From a virus (taxonomy: Duplodnaviria; Caudoviricetes): a DNA stretch of 64,000 nt. A program made the position numbers and the translations under genes. This document shows positions 36,229-45,983 of this stretch, in pieces. The stretch spans positions 128,001 through 192,000 of the IMG/VR virus record IMGVR_UViG_3300021254_000021; one strand, given 5' to 3'. The number at the start of each line of letters is the position of its first letter. Position 1 is the first letter of the stretch. Under the pieces are notes generated by a model. The model was given only the letters and a program-made list of their open reading frames with translations. It was not told where the DNA came from and did not search any database.

Positions 36229-36954
36229 ATGATATGGTGGCATTTGATTGAGACGGGGCATAGACCCAAGCATGGTGCATCTGTAATTTGCTTATTCTTT
36301 AATGGAGATGCAATAGAATGTCATTATGATAGGTCTGATGATACGTTCATTCCATACGATCAAGAGTGGGATATGTATCCGTTTGACGCAACAGAGTTTA
36401 AAGCATGGTGTTTCAGCCCTTCTATTTGTTCTGATCTTTTTCTTTATTGTGCAAGTGCAGACTTCTTGGAGTTCTCAGAGACACATACGTTTCCACCGTT
36501 AAAAAAGAAAACACATACAAGACAGTGTGCAGATGACTTTAGTCTTATAGCAAGAGAATTAAATTCAAAAGAGATTAGACAGTGCAGTAGGATTATCCTT
36601 GAATCAAATACAAAACATTTTGGTCTTAAATGTTTAAGTTTTGAGTTTGAGTGTCAAAGATATTTCATTGATAAGAATTGGTCTAATCCACATGATCACA
36701 ATAGTGTTTATGCTGAACTTTCTTTAACACCAGAAACATTAGAGTGGTTTAATACAAACAAATCTAAATCAAATTATTCTAAACTAACTTTGTTTGTTCG
36801 TATTAAATTTTGTGATTCTGAACATAATGTACTTTCCTCTTTCAGAGTACAGTTTCTTCGTACTATTTATAATAGACGTTGTTGCTTGCCAAATAATAGA
36901 CCTTTTAAATGTATAGCAAATGACAAATTTGTGGTGCAGTTTCGTTTGATTTAG
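36229..36954 (+). CDS. DUF551-like N-terminal module plus a second module
   Basis: WH...RP...VIC...FKAWC. Confidence 0.55.
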   Translation: MIWWHLIETGHRPKHGASVICLFFNGDAIECHYDRSDDTFIPYDQEWDMYPFDATEFKAWCFSPSICSDLFLYCASADFLEFSETHTFPPLKKKTHTRQCADDFSLIARELNSKEIRQCSRIILESNTKHFGLKCLSFEFECQRYFIDKNWSNPHDHNSVYAELSLTPETLEWFNTNKSKSNYSKLTLFVRIKFCDSEHNVLSSFRVQFLRTIYNRRCCLPNNRPFKCIANDKFVVQFRLI

Positions 36955-36964
36955 GTGACAGGTT

Positions 36965-37546
36965 ATGGACACTAGAGAAGATACTTTTAATTTCATGGTT
37001 GGGCAAATAAGAAACTTTATTATTCATTGTCTAGGTTTCCAACCAGATGATATGACAGGCGGTGAGTTTAATAATCGTTTCATTTGGGAAACAAGTAATT
37101 CAGAGTTTGAAATAATCGCTTATTATGGTTGCCCTAGGGATGAAAAACCATATTACTTTGACTATTATTTAACAATAGATGGACAAAGAACAAGTGGTAC
37201 GTATTCTTTTGGTACACAGCTAACTTGTGAAGATGAGAATGCAATAGCAAAAATAATCCAACCATTTAAAAAATCCGTTGTTAATAAAGCTACTCTAGGT
37301 GTAACAACCAATATAGAACGATCACCTTACTTCAAATGGTATTACATTATTCAGGCTTTCAAAGATTGCCATTGGCAGGATGTATTATTTAGTCGTGGTG
37401 ACATTTCTACAGCAGAAAAGAAAGCAAGGCATTATCGTAACAAAAATGATTGTGATACCAGAGTAATTGGAGTAAAAGAGAATGTGATCTATTCCTATGA
37501 TTATGAGTTGGTCACAGAGTATAGCAAAAAGGAGGAAAATTTATGA
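36965..37546 (+). CDS. Hypothetical protein
   Basis: 193 aa ORF. Confidence 0.6.
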   Translation: MDTREDTFNFMVGQIRNFIIHCLGFQPDDMTGGEFNNRFIWETSNSEFEIIAYYGCPRDEKPYYFDYYLTIDGQRTSGTYSFGTQLTCEDENAIAKIIQPFKKSVVNKATLGVTTNIERSPYFKWYYIIQAFKDCHWQDVLFSRGDISTAEKKARHYRNKNDCDTRVIGVKENVIYSYDYELVTEYSKKEENL

Positions 37547-37740
37547 AGTATCTTGACAAAATGGATCATGCAAACATAGCTATGCAATATTGGGAAACTT
37601 CAATGAAAATTGATAGAGTGAAGTCTGTATTAAAGAAATTAAAAAAAGAATTAAAAGGTTATGAGAATGCTATAAGGGCAATAGAAGATAGAAATGACGG
37701 ACAACCAAAACATTGGTACATGTTCAGGAAACTGAATTGA
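37543..37740 (+). CDS. Small coiled-coil hypothetical protein
   Basis: AGGAGG RBS; ATGA overlap. Confidence 0.55.
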   Translation: MKYLDKMDHANIAMQYWETSMKIDRVKSVLKKLKKELKGYENAIRAIEDRNDGQPKHWYMFRKLN

Positions 37741-37757
37741 ATTAAGGAGATACCTAT

Positions 37758-38420
37758 ATGAATATGCACATTATAAAGAACGAAATAACATCTCTGTTAC
37801 TAAGAACTGTTGATAGATTTAATACTATTAGAACACAATTAAAACACATAAGGAATATTGAAGATAAAAACAATGTTTCTGGATGTTTAGACTTGGTAGA
37901 TGATTTTATTGAAATTAATATAGAATATGAAAAAGAGGATTTTAACAGATTACTTGAATCTTTAGAAGAAACAGAGATTCAAGAAAAGAATTTAGTCTAT
38001 AAGTACTTCTTGATAACGATTAGAGACAATGATTTTTATAGGTCACTAAGTACACTAGGTGACATCTTTGTTAGGACTTTGGGTTATGAGTTTACGTCCG
38101 ATAGATTTGACTTTGAGAAATTTAAAACCTCTCTACCAGACCTAGTTTGTTCCATATTTTCTATTTGTCAGAGTGGACATTCAGATTATGTTCGTAAACA
38201 TTTGAAAATATGCTATACCCCAGAAGAAATAAAGGATTTTATACAGAAGTACGGAATGTGTGCTTGTGAAGATTACGAGAACCCGTTGTTCAAAGATGAT
38301 CCTGTGTTTGCAGATGTCGTTCATTGTGACTGTGATGCTGAAGCATTAATCATTAAACTGGTATATGATAAAGAGAATAATGAGTATATAGAAGAAAAGA
38401 GTGATTGGCTTGTTATTTAA
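37758..38420 (+). CDS. Hypothetical protein
   Basis: 220 aa; AAGGAG RBS. Confidence 0.6.
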   Translation: MNMHIIKNEITSLLLRTVDRFNTIRTQLKHIRNIEDKNNVSGCLDLVDDFIEINIEYEKEDFNRLLESLEETEIQEKNLVYKYFLITIRDNDFYRSLSTLGDIFVRTLGYEFTSDRFDFEKFKTSLPDLVCSIFSICQSGHSDYVRKHLKICYTPEEIKDFIQKYGMCACEDYENPLFKDDPVFADVVHCDCDAEALIIKLVYDKENNEYIEEKSDWLVI

Positions 38421-38441
38421 CATGTGCTTTGGAGGACATTT

Positions 38442-38600
38442 ATGAAGAAGCGGAAAATAACTGTTAAAAAATTAAACGTGAAAGAATGTTTGCAAAGAGC
38501 AAACAGAAATAGAGATAATTTCCTGAGCCTTTACGATGCTGTTAAGCAACTGGTCGATGACGTAAAGTATAACCATTACCCATATCCTAAATCATTATAA
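38442..38600 (+). CDS. 52-aa hypothetical protein (below the ORF-track cutoff)
   Basis: GGAGG RBS; MKKRKITVKKLNVKECLQ...YPYPKSL. Confidence 0.5.
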   Translation: MKKRKITVKKLNVKECLQRANRNRDNFLSLYDAVKQLVDDVKYNHYPYPKSL

Positions 38601-38626
38601 AGTTCACGGTTACAGGAGTATTCGTT

Positions 38627-39130
38627 ATGGATAAAGATTTAACAGATTTTTTCTCAGATTCAGAAATTAAATATAACAAACCCCTTTCCAAAGTAGAGAA
38701 CTTATTATGGCATAAGAAATATAGAGTCCGCAGGAAGAATCTGAAGCGTATTGATCCACATAAATTCTCTATTGGTGATGAGATTTATTATTACACTTTT
38801 TATTTGTTTACTAATTACTCATTAATAAATAATGAATCTGATTATTATGAGGATGATGTGGCTTATAAAAAGTATTTTTCTACTAAACGATGTAGAACAT
38901 GTTATGGCCCAGCAATGGATGTAACATGGGGAAACTACATAATAAGTGGTAGAAAATTTCGTAATTATGTAGCATTGTTTGATCCTTATAAAGGATGTGT
39001 CGCATATTTCACTAAATTCAAATCAGCATTAAACTTCGTGAATCGTTATTGTTCTGTAAACGATGAGTTTTATGACTATTTTATTATAGCAACAAAAAAT
39101 AGTGTATTTAGAGTTTGGAATCAATACTGA
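38627..39130 (+). CDS. Hypothetical protein, partial paralogue of 6178..6633
   Basis: Shared F..FKSAL...NR segment. Confidence 0.6.
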   Translation: MDKDLTDFFSDSEIKYNKPLSKVENLLWHKKYRVRRKNLKRIDPHKFSIGDEIYYYTFYLFTNYSLINNESDYYEDDVAYKKYFSTKRCRTCYGPAMDVTWGNYIISGRKFRNYVALFDPYKGCVAYFTKFKSALNFVNRYCSVNDEFYDYFIIATKNSVFRVWNQY

Positions 39131-39149
39131 TTCTATTTTAGGAGTACTT

Positions 39150-39410
39150 ATGAAATGGAAAGATTTTAGAGCATGGATGAACGAATACTTTGATGATGAA
39201 GATGATATTCGCATCACTGTTGCAAACGAATATTCAGAGCTTAATGATGATATTAAAGATATTTATCCTGTTATCACTATTATTACACCAGAAGAATCAG
39301 AGGATGATGGAGGTTATCCTATTTTTGTAGCATCCGATCTAGAAGAAAGAGAAGAAGGTTACTTTGCTTGGTCACATGAGGACATAATAAACTTTGTTAA
39401 AAACAAATAA
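39150..39410 (+). CDS. Small acidic hypothetical protein
   Basis: AGGAG RBS before ATG 39150. Confidence 0.6.
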   Translation: MKWKDFRAWMNEYFDDEDDIRITVANEYSELNDDIKDIYPVITIITPEESEDDGGYPIFVASDLEEREEGYFAWSHEDIINFVKNK

Positions 39411-39422
39411 GGAGAACAAACT

Positions 39423-40007
39423 ATGACACAAATTAAAATTAACTCTGTTAATACCACTCATGGAAACATTGAATTTGAAAAATCTGATAATCCAGTTATA
39501 TCAGACTTCATACAACAAAGTAGAGAGCAACCAAATTACAAGTATATTGTTCAGATAATCCCAGATTATAATTCTTCTGTTATTGTGAAGGATTGGCGAG
39601 ATTATAAGGAATGTCTATGTTACGAGGGTGCAGAAAAATGTATAAAAGAAATTGTAGATGATCCGAGACAGCATAAAGCTAAGAGAGTTAGGATTGTTGT
39701 TGAATACATAGACTCTTCTTTAGAGGAGTATATTAAAGATCATACTGATAAGAAAGGAAACCTTAAACCTAAATCAGTTACACTATCTCCAGAACATATA
39801 GGTAAAACAATAACTTGTGCAGGATGTAAGGATACTATTCCTTATGGAAAACCTTTTGCATATTATGGTCAATCAGCATATTGTTCTAAGAAGTGTTGTG
39901 TAGATCATATCTGGGATGGGGATAATAATAGATTATTTGATGTAAGTCCTGATAAAAGTCTTGAAGAATATGATAGAGAGTTTTTAAGGTATTATTCACA
40001 TGAATAG
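39423..40007 (+). CDS. Hypothetical protein with TRASH-like Zn finger
   Basis: CAGC...YCSKKC. Confidence 0.6.
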   Translation: MTQIKINSVNTTHGNIEFEKSDNPVISDFIQQSREQPNYKYIVQIIPDYNSSVIVKDWRDYKECLCYEGAEKCIKEIVDDPRQHKAKRVRIVVEYIDSSLEEYIKDHTDKKGNLKPKSVTLSPEHIGKTITCAGCKDTIPYGKPFAYYGQSAYCSKKCCVDHIWDGDNNRLFDVSPDKSLEEYDREFLRYYSHE

Positions 40008-40344
40008 TTATGAAAGACATAAACAATCGGTAGAACAACAACTCTACTTGTATTATTCTACCAAAGAAATATTTGGAAAACCTGTGAAAAGCAGGCTGTT
40101 TAAAAAGTGGCATCATCGTTATATGCGAGAAAGAGATAGAGACATTAAACGCCTTGGAAAACAGAATCAAAAAGAGAATAAAATATACTTTGGTAGAGTT
40201 GTTTACACCTATTGCTTTCAGCAGTGTGGTGATAGTAAGTTAGCATTTACGTGTAAGCCTAGATGTAGGCATTCACATCCTTTTCCACTCAATTATGCTA
40301 TTGAGGAAATGAGAGGTTTTTATGAAACACAAGGTTGTTTATAA
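40000..40344 (+). CDS. Basic hypothetical protein
   Basis: 114 aa ORF overlapping the upstream stop. Confidence 0.5.
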   Translation: MNSYERHKQSVEQQLYLYYSTKEIFGKPVKSRLFKKWHHRYMRERDRDIKRLGKQNQKENKIYFGRVVYTYCFQQCGDSKLAFTCKPRCRHSHPFPLNYAIEEMRGFYETQGCL

Positions 40345-40347
40345 TGA

Positions 40348-40629
40348 TTGACTAAGCAGTTTATAGCTCAAAAGAGACTAGAAGCTAATGAGAAAACAAT
40401 AAATGATAGTACCAAGATCTTTTATGTCATGGGTGCTCTGAGATATTTTTTAAAAAGGCATGACCCAGATTTGATTGCCGTTGTAGAAGCTCTAGGTAAA
40501 GATGTTAATGGTACTTTCTCTGACTTAGCTATTGGAGAGATAGACGGAGATAAGTATTATATAGAAGAGTATGATGGTAGAGAAACAGTTGTAACTCCAG
40601 AGGATATTTGTTGGACAGTTATATCATAG
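40348..40629 (+). CDS. Phage hypothetical protein (RHDP-L...EEYDG-E type)
   Basis: RHDPDLIAVVEALG...IEEYDGRE, a recurrent phage motif. Confidence 0.6.
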   Translation: MTKQFIAQKRLEANEKTINDSTKIFYVMGALRYFLKRHDPDLIAVVEALGKDVNGTFSDLAIGEIDGDKYYIEEYDGRETVVTPEDICWTVIS

Positions 40630-40642
40630 GTACAATCATTTT

Positions 40643-41176
40643 ATGTCTAAAACATTCTTTATTGCAGATACACATTTTAATCACGAACGCATAATTTCTA
40701 TCTGCGAGCGTCCATTCTCAGATGTAGAAGAAATGAACAAAACATTAATAGAGAATTGGAATAGCATTGTTGAAGACGAAGACATTGTGTGGGTTTTAGG
40801 CGACTATTTTTATTTTCCAGAACCACTAAAAAGCAGTGTACCACTGTTAGTATGCAGAGAAATTACAAATAATCTTAAAGGAATAAAAAACCTAATTATA
40901 GGAAATCACGACACACAAGATCCTGAATACTATAAATCATCTGGATTTGAATTTGTCTCACCATATCCGATTATTTATGACGATTTCTTTATCCTATCAC
41001 ACGAACCACTACTTCTATCTAATACTACTCCATACTTTAATTTATACGGACATGTTCATAGTGATCCCAGATTTGGAGACACTTCAACTTCAAAATGTGT
41101 TTCAGTTGAGAGAATCAACTACACTCCAGTTTCATTAGAAAAAATAAAGTTTGAAATTGAAACATGGATATTTTAA
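40643..41176 (+). CDS. Calcineurin-like phosphoesterase
   Basis: DTHFNH, LGD, GNHD, SHEP and GHVH. Confidence 0.9.
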   Translation: MSKTFFIADTHFNHERIISICERPFSDVEEMNKTLIENWNSIVEDEDIVWVLGDYFYFPEPLKSSVPLLVCREITNNLKGIKNLIIGNHDTQDPEYYKSSGFEFVSPYPIIYDDFFILSHEPLLLSNTTPYFNLYGHVHSDPRFGDTSTSKCVSVERINYTPVSLEKIKFEIETWIF

Positions 41177-41202
41177 CCAACAAACAAAGGAGATAATTAA
41201 TA

Positions 41203-41496
41203 ATGAGTGGTGGACATTTTGATTATCAGGATAATCGCATTGATGACATGATGGATATAATTAAGCATGATATTAAATACAATGATGTAGAATGGAATTA
41301 TAATACTGAGACTGGTGAATCTGTAGAAGATTATGGGTTTCAGCATTCTAAAGAAACCATAGCTATTTTAAAGAAATTGCTGAAAGATATGAAGAAAGTA
41401 ATGAATGTTTTACACGCATACGACTGGTATGTATCAGGAGATACCTGTGAGGAAACATTCTTAAAAGAAGCTAGTAAGTATTACAAAACAATATAA
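41203..41496 (+). CDS. Phage hypothetical protein (MSGGHFDY...DW-SGD type)
   Basis: AAGGAG RBS; N-terminus shared with the 11570 methylase. Confidence 0.7.
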   Translation: MSGGHFDYQDNRIDDMMDIIKHDIKYNDVEWNYNTETGESVEDYGFQHSKETIAILKKLLKDMKKVMNVLHAYDWYVSGDTCEETFLKEASKYYKTI

Positions 41497-41507
41497 AGGA
41501 ATCATCC

Positions 41508-42119
41508 ATGAGTCTAGAATATCTCAAGTGGAATATTACTAAAGAGAGTGGACGACCCGTTATCTTGGATGAAGATAAACCAGACAAAGAAACAAGAAAA
41601 TTATGTCTGGTTAAAATGACAAACACAGAAGATTTAAAGAATCTGTGTAATGTTACAGAGTTTGAAAGTGTAGAACATAAGCTAGGATCAAACATCCGTA
41701 TCCTTTGTTACGATGCTGAATACGAAGCATGGTTTGATGAGTCCGATGAGAATATTGGAGATTTCTACTCTGTCTATGCTTGGTATCCGCTGTCCTATAT
41801 TACAGATTACTTAGACGGCAAACCTGAACCAATGAATTGTTGGGAGTTTGGTTGGTTTACAGCAAAGCGTTCAATCCCTGCATTAGCTAAGTGGATAGAG
41901 AAAGGTGTTAGTTATCATCCTTCAATGTCACCAGACGCATGGAAAGAAATTCTAACAAAGATAAAACAAGGATTTGAAGTCTCTTTGTCTGATTTAGGTG
42001 GAGATTTAGATGATATTGTTAATCTGGATGAAAGAAAGCGTATATTAGAAGAGCATGATGCTATACGCAAAGAAGCATTTGCACTTATGGCAGAGTATTA
42101 CTTAGATTTGTGGGATTAA
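41508..42119 (+). CDS. DUF551-like module fused to a ...EYYLDLWD module
   Basis: KWN...RP...VYAWYPL, then WKEILTKI...AFALMAEYYLDLWD. Confidence 0.6.
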   Translation: MSLEYLKWNITKESGRPVILDEDKPDKETRKLCLVKMTNTEDLKNLCNVTEFESVEHKLGSNIRILCYDAEYEAWFDESDENIGDFYSVYAWYPLSYITDYLDGKPEPMNCWEFGWFTAKRSIPALAKWIEKGVSYHPSMSPDAWKEILTKIKQGFEVSLSDLGGDLDDIVNLDERKRILEEHDAIRKEAFALMAEYYLDLWD

Positions 42120-42143
42120 GAAGCAAGACTTAAAGGAGGATTT

Positions 42144-42530
42144 ATGGTACAGAATAACTCTGAAAAATGTGAGCTTAACAATAAGGATTATGAGTGTTAT
42201 AGAACAAATCATTTTGAAGTTAGCCTAACAGATTATGATAATGGTTTAAGAGAAGTAGAAGAATTAAGACTAGCAACAACTAAAGCAAAACTGGATAAGT
42301 TTTCTGGTGATCTTACACTCTATGTCTATGCCACTAGATCTGTTTTAGAATATATGGAATCTCTGCATAAAAATCACCTATTTCATGTCAAATACACTCT
42401 ATACAGTCCTGATGCTGAACACAATTTTGTTGTTTTAAACAGGATGATGAAGCTAACTGAAATCTCATTTGAATCTTATTCTAAATCGAGTGACGGAGCT
42501 TTAGTGAGATTAAATTTTTGTTATGTTTAA
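42144..42530 (+). CDS. Hypothetical protein resembling a degenerate T4-gp19-type tail tube protein
   Basis: YE-R-NHFEV, LRLA, LYSPD and terminal V-L-F-Y pattern, by eye. Confidence 0.45.
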   Translation: MVQNNSEKCELNNKDYECYRTNHFEVSLTDYDNGLREVEELRLATTKAKLDKFSGDLTLYVYATRSVLEYMESLHKNHLFHVKYTLYSPDAEHNFVVLNRMMKLTEISFESYSKSSDGALVRLNFCYV

Positions 42531-42533
42531 AGG

Positions 42534-42743
42534 ATGTATGAGATGTGTAATAAATTATTTTTAACAAAGGAAACCGTAAGAAAACTAATAGAGAAGCATG
42601 TGAGCAACTATATTAATTTCTCTATTGTGAACATGCAGTACACAAACTTCGATACACTGGAAGTACTCTTTAAAGTAAAAAATAAAAGTAATAGATTATT
42701 TGCCGTATACTTTAGTCAAAAGGAGATAGAAGGAGAGCTGTAG
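42534..42743 (+). CDS. Hypothetical protein
   Basis: 69 aa ORF. Confidence 0.5.
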   Translation: MYEMCNKLFLTKETVRKLIEKHVSNYINFSIVNMQYTNFDTLEVLFKVKNKSNRLFAVYFSQKEIEGEL

Positions 42744-42800
42744 AACTCCTTCTATCTACATTTAAGTCATTCCTAGAGTCCTTTTAAAGGAGGTATAGAT

Positions 42801-43760
42801 ATGTCCTATCCGTATAGCTTAGATTTAATTTTTGGTTCTGAGAAAGCTACAGTAGACCCTTTTGGTAGATTAAGTTTTGGTAGTGGTGGAGATTCCCCTA
42901 CACCTGAACCTACGGAATCTTATTGGAGAACATCATCTTTTAATATTACAAGTATGTTACATGATTATGCGGGGGAGGGTTTAGGTACGTTTAAATCACC
43001 TATAGTTAGGTTTTTTGCTGAAGATTGGCAAGAGTTAAGAAGCTATATTTATTATGTAAAAATATGGTGTTATGATGATGTTGAAGTAGATCCTAGTAGG
43101 TTAGAGCAATATAAAGAATGGTTATCACAATCCACAATATCTATAATCAAGGATGATTCTGATGAAGAGAAAGTAATAATAAATGGGCCGTCTTCTCATA
43201 GTGAGTGGAATGTAGACCAACCCATAGATTCTTTAGGGTTTTTCCAAGTGGATGTAAATGCCCCAACTCCATCTGATTTATCCGAATTTTCCCTTTATTT
43301 TATTTTAGCGGATGAAAACGGAGTACTAGACCCTATGGATGGTGAGAGTATGTCTATGCTTCAGATAGAAGATCCCGTATCGTTTACCCCTACTCAAATC
43401 TCTAATAAAGAAGTGGTCTCTTGTTATTATAAAGTAGATATTCTTTCTGGTAATGATATGGATACCTATTTACAATCAGCTACACTCTCTTCTTTTGGTG
43501 TAGGTGGTTCTAATGAAGTATCATCCACAGAATCCGATATTATTGGTAATTTAGATTTTCCAGATGGAGAAGATACTAATGGTAAATTAGAGTCTTTAGA
43601 TTTAATAAATTCGTTTGACGTAGATATGTATGAAAACTTTGAGAGTGAGAATATTGTAGCTAAACTACGTTTTACTTTAGTAATAGATGGTGATGTAACA
43701 CCTTTCCCACCATTCTTTACTGTAGACGAAGAAGCATTAACTTTTGAAAAAGTTGAATAA
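42801..43760 (+). CDS. Acidic beta-rich hypothetical protein, possibly a virion decoration protein
   Basis: AAGGAGG RBS; short N-terminal segment followed by a GSGGDSPTPEP linker. Confidence 0.6.
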   Translation: MSYPYSLDLIFGSEKATVDPFGRLSFGSGGDSPTPEPTESYWRTSSFNITSMLHDYAGEGLGTFKSPIVRFFAEDWQELRSYIYYVKIWCYDDVEVDPSRLEQYKEWLSQSTISIIKDDSDEEKVIINGPSSHSEWNVDQPIDSLGFFQVDVNAPTPSDLSEFSLYFILADENGVLDPMDGESMSMLQIEDPVSFTPTQISNKEVVSCYYKVDILSGNDMDTYLQSATLSSFGVGGSNEVSSTESDIIGNLDFPDGEDTNGKLESLDLINSFDVDMYENFESENIVAKLRFTLVIDGDVTPFPPFFTVDEEALTFEKVE

Positions 43761-43842
43761 AATGGAGTAAAAGCTAGGACTACTAATATTTCTTGGGATA
43801 ACTATTTTATGTCCATAGTAGTCTTATGAAAGGATTGGGATT

Positions 43843-44271
43843 ATGAGCAAGGTACGATCTAAGATTAACTATGATGAAGAGAGCAAAACTTTTCTGGATG
43901 CTTCTGCGCCGAAAGAATCACAGACGTTTGAGGCTAAAAAAGAGTTGGTAAAAGAGATGGTATCTTTATTATCAGAGTTTAGAGATACCTTGCCGCCCAT
44001 ATCACAGAAATATCACAAGGCTTTAACATCCATTATACTGTCTCTGAATACCTATATAAATTATGAGGAAACACATACAGGGATATGGAATGGTTTTGAG
44101 CATTTGTGTATGGCTCATACACATTATTCTTATTTGATGTATTGTACACATCCTAAGAATCCAAAGAGGGATTCAAAGATACAGGTTAGTCTTTATGAGT
44201 TTTTAAAAGAGTTAAACCGTCTTTGGGTCATTCTGCTTAGTCAGTATCTTGATTATTCATCCAAGCACTAA
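43843..44271 (+). CDS. Hypothetical protein
   Basis: 142 aa ORF. Confidence 0.6.
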   Translation: MSKVRSKINYDEESKTFLDASAPKESQTFEAKKELVKEMVSLLSEFRDTLPPISQKYHKALTSIILSLNTYINYEETHTGIWNGFEHLCMAHTHYSYLMYCTHPKNPKRDSKIQVSLYEFLKELNRLWVILLSQYLDYSSKH

Positions 44272-44285
44272 TGGGGTGTAGAAAT

Positions 44286-44810
44286 ATGCTTAAATTAAAG
44301 AGGGTATGTGAAGCAAAGCAGGTAGGTGACATCTACCATTATTGCACATTACAAATAGCTGTGAAATATATCATTCCTAATGATACTTTATCACCTTCTG
44401 GCAAGTGGCCAAACCGTTTAATCGGTTCATCCAATGTATTATCTTTTACTAGGGACAAGCGATATATTGTTGATATTCTTAGAAAAGATCCCATTCTTGT
44501 ACAGTTTAAGGTAGATGGTGACAAGGTATCGGAGAATCATAAAGTCTTTCCTTATAATGATTATTATGATCCTGATTATGATGTTCCCGAGTATGAAGAA
44601 GAATTGGAAAAAGAGGAAGTTGTAGTTGGCAAACTTTCCCCATTCTCAAACTTCATTAAGTCGATTAAGGTTATTTTAAACAAGCCTGTAAAAGATTTAA
44701 ACCCTCTATACATTCAGTCTATGCTTGAGGATATAGAGGATTATGCACAGTCTCATTCGATACCTTTAGAGATGGATAAGGAATTAAGAGAGATATTAGA
44801 GGAGGGGTAA
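44286..44810 (+). CDS. Putative ADP-ribosyltransferase-like protein, paralogue A (MLKLKRVCE leader)
   Basis: YH...SFTR...EKEE pattern; clear paralogue of 52694..53596. Confidence 0.55.
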   Translation: MLKLKRVCEAKQVGDIYHYCTLQIAVKYIIPNDTLSPSGKWPNRLIGSSNVLSFTRDKRYIVDILRKDPILVQFKVDGDKVSENHKVFPYNDYYDPDYDVPEYEEELEKEEVVVGKLSPFSNFIKSIKVILNKPVKDLNPLYIQSMLEDIEDYAQSHSIPLEMDKELREILEEG

Positions 44811-44813
44811 TTT

Positions 44814-45983
44814 ATGGTTAAATTAAAGAGGGTGAATGAGAATCAGTTGGATTTATTTAGTTGGAAACCTAAAGGCGGTAATGCCGTAGATACCGTCTAT
44901 GATGGTTTATCTGATACGGATGATAAAGACTGGTTTAATGTCTCATATCTGTATAAAAAATATGGTGAGTATAATCGCAGATTTTTTAACTCTGCTTTAC
45001 CCGAGTTACCTTTGTATATAAAGACATACAAACACGCTTTGGGTGTCTGTATTTCATTAGGCAGTAAGTCAAGGAATGAAATCAATCTCAAAGAGATTTG
45101 TATTTCCAAACTTAAATTTAACAACAGATTCTCTATGGAGCAAGTCCTTGTCCATGAGATGTGTCATGCCTACCAGATTCATATATTGTGTGATAATTCC
45201 CTTACTCGATATTCTATGGATGCCAAACAGGGATCAGGTAGTCAGGGACACGGCCCATTATTCTTTAAAGCGGCTGATTTAGTGAATAACTCTCCAGAAA
45301 ATAAAGAAGGGTTTAAAATAACACAGTATAATGAGGATATTAACACGGCGCATAGAATAGGCGGTAAATCCACCTCTGGTTATTGCTATATTAAACCAAC
45401 CCTAGAAGGTCTTTTTGTCTATACCATAGCCGACACGCCATCTAATAAAGAGAATATAGACTATCTTAAACATTATGAGCCTGAGTATATGTACAGCTAT
45501 AAGGATGCAGAAGCAAAGAGTATCTGTACCACTCATTTTGGCCGTACCAAAGGTTATATTTATCCTTGGCAGAAAATCATAGAGAGTATTTGTAATAAAA
45601 TCATTAATGGAGATCTTATCCCTCTGGTAGAAGATAATAAATTAGAGAAAAAGTATATTATATACAAAGATGATGTTGTTTCGGTCTCTATGGTAGAGCC
45701 TTTTGGTAAAGAGATGAAAGAGGTGGTTATGAACAAGCCATATTCCATATTCCAGAACAGAATGAGTAATGAATGTACAATTCTATTAAAAGATAGAACT
45801 AATAAGGAAACCAAACGTTTTTTGGAAGGTGTAAAAATGGGTGTATTCTCTGGTGTAGAAGGAATATATAATAAGAATGAGTCTCTGTCTATTCAGGATG
45901 CTAGTGACATCATAGAGGATGCAGAAAATACGTTAGAGGTTAAAGAAATATCGGATGAGGTAGAGGAGATCATTATAGAATAA
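44814..45983 (+). CDS. SprT-like zinc metalloprotease (MVKLKRVNE leader)
   Basis: YNRRFFNSALP...VLVHEMCH...HGPLF. Confidence 0.8.
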   Translation: MVKLKRVNENQLDLFSWKPKGGNAVDTVYDGLSDTDDKDWFNVSYLYKKYGEYNRRFFNSALPELPLYIKTYKHALGVCISLGSKSRNEINLKEICISKLKFNNRFSMEQVLVHEMCHAYQIHILCDNSLTRYSMDAKQGSGSQGHGPLFFKAADLVNNSPENKEGFKITQYNEDINTAHRIGGKSTSGYCYIKPTLEGLFVYTIADTPSNKENIDYLKHYEPEYMYSYKDAEAKSICTTHFGRTKGYIYPWQKIIESICNKIINGDLIPLVEDNKLEKKYIIYKDDVVSVSMVEPFGKEMKEVVMNKPYSIFQNRMSNECTILLKDRTNKETKRFLEGVKMGVFSGVEGIYNKNESLSIQDASDIIEDAENTLEVKEISDEVEEIIIE

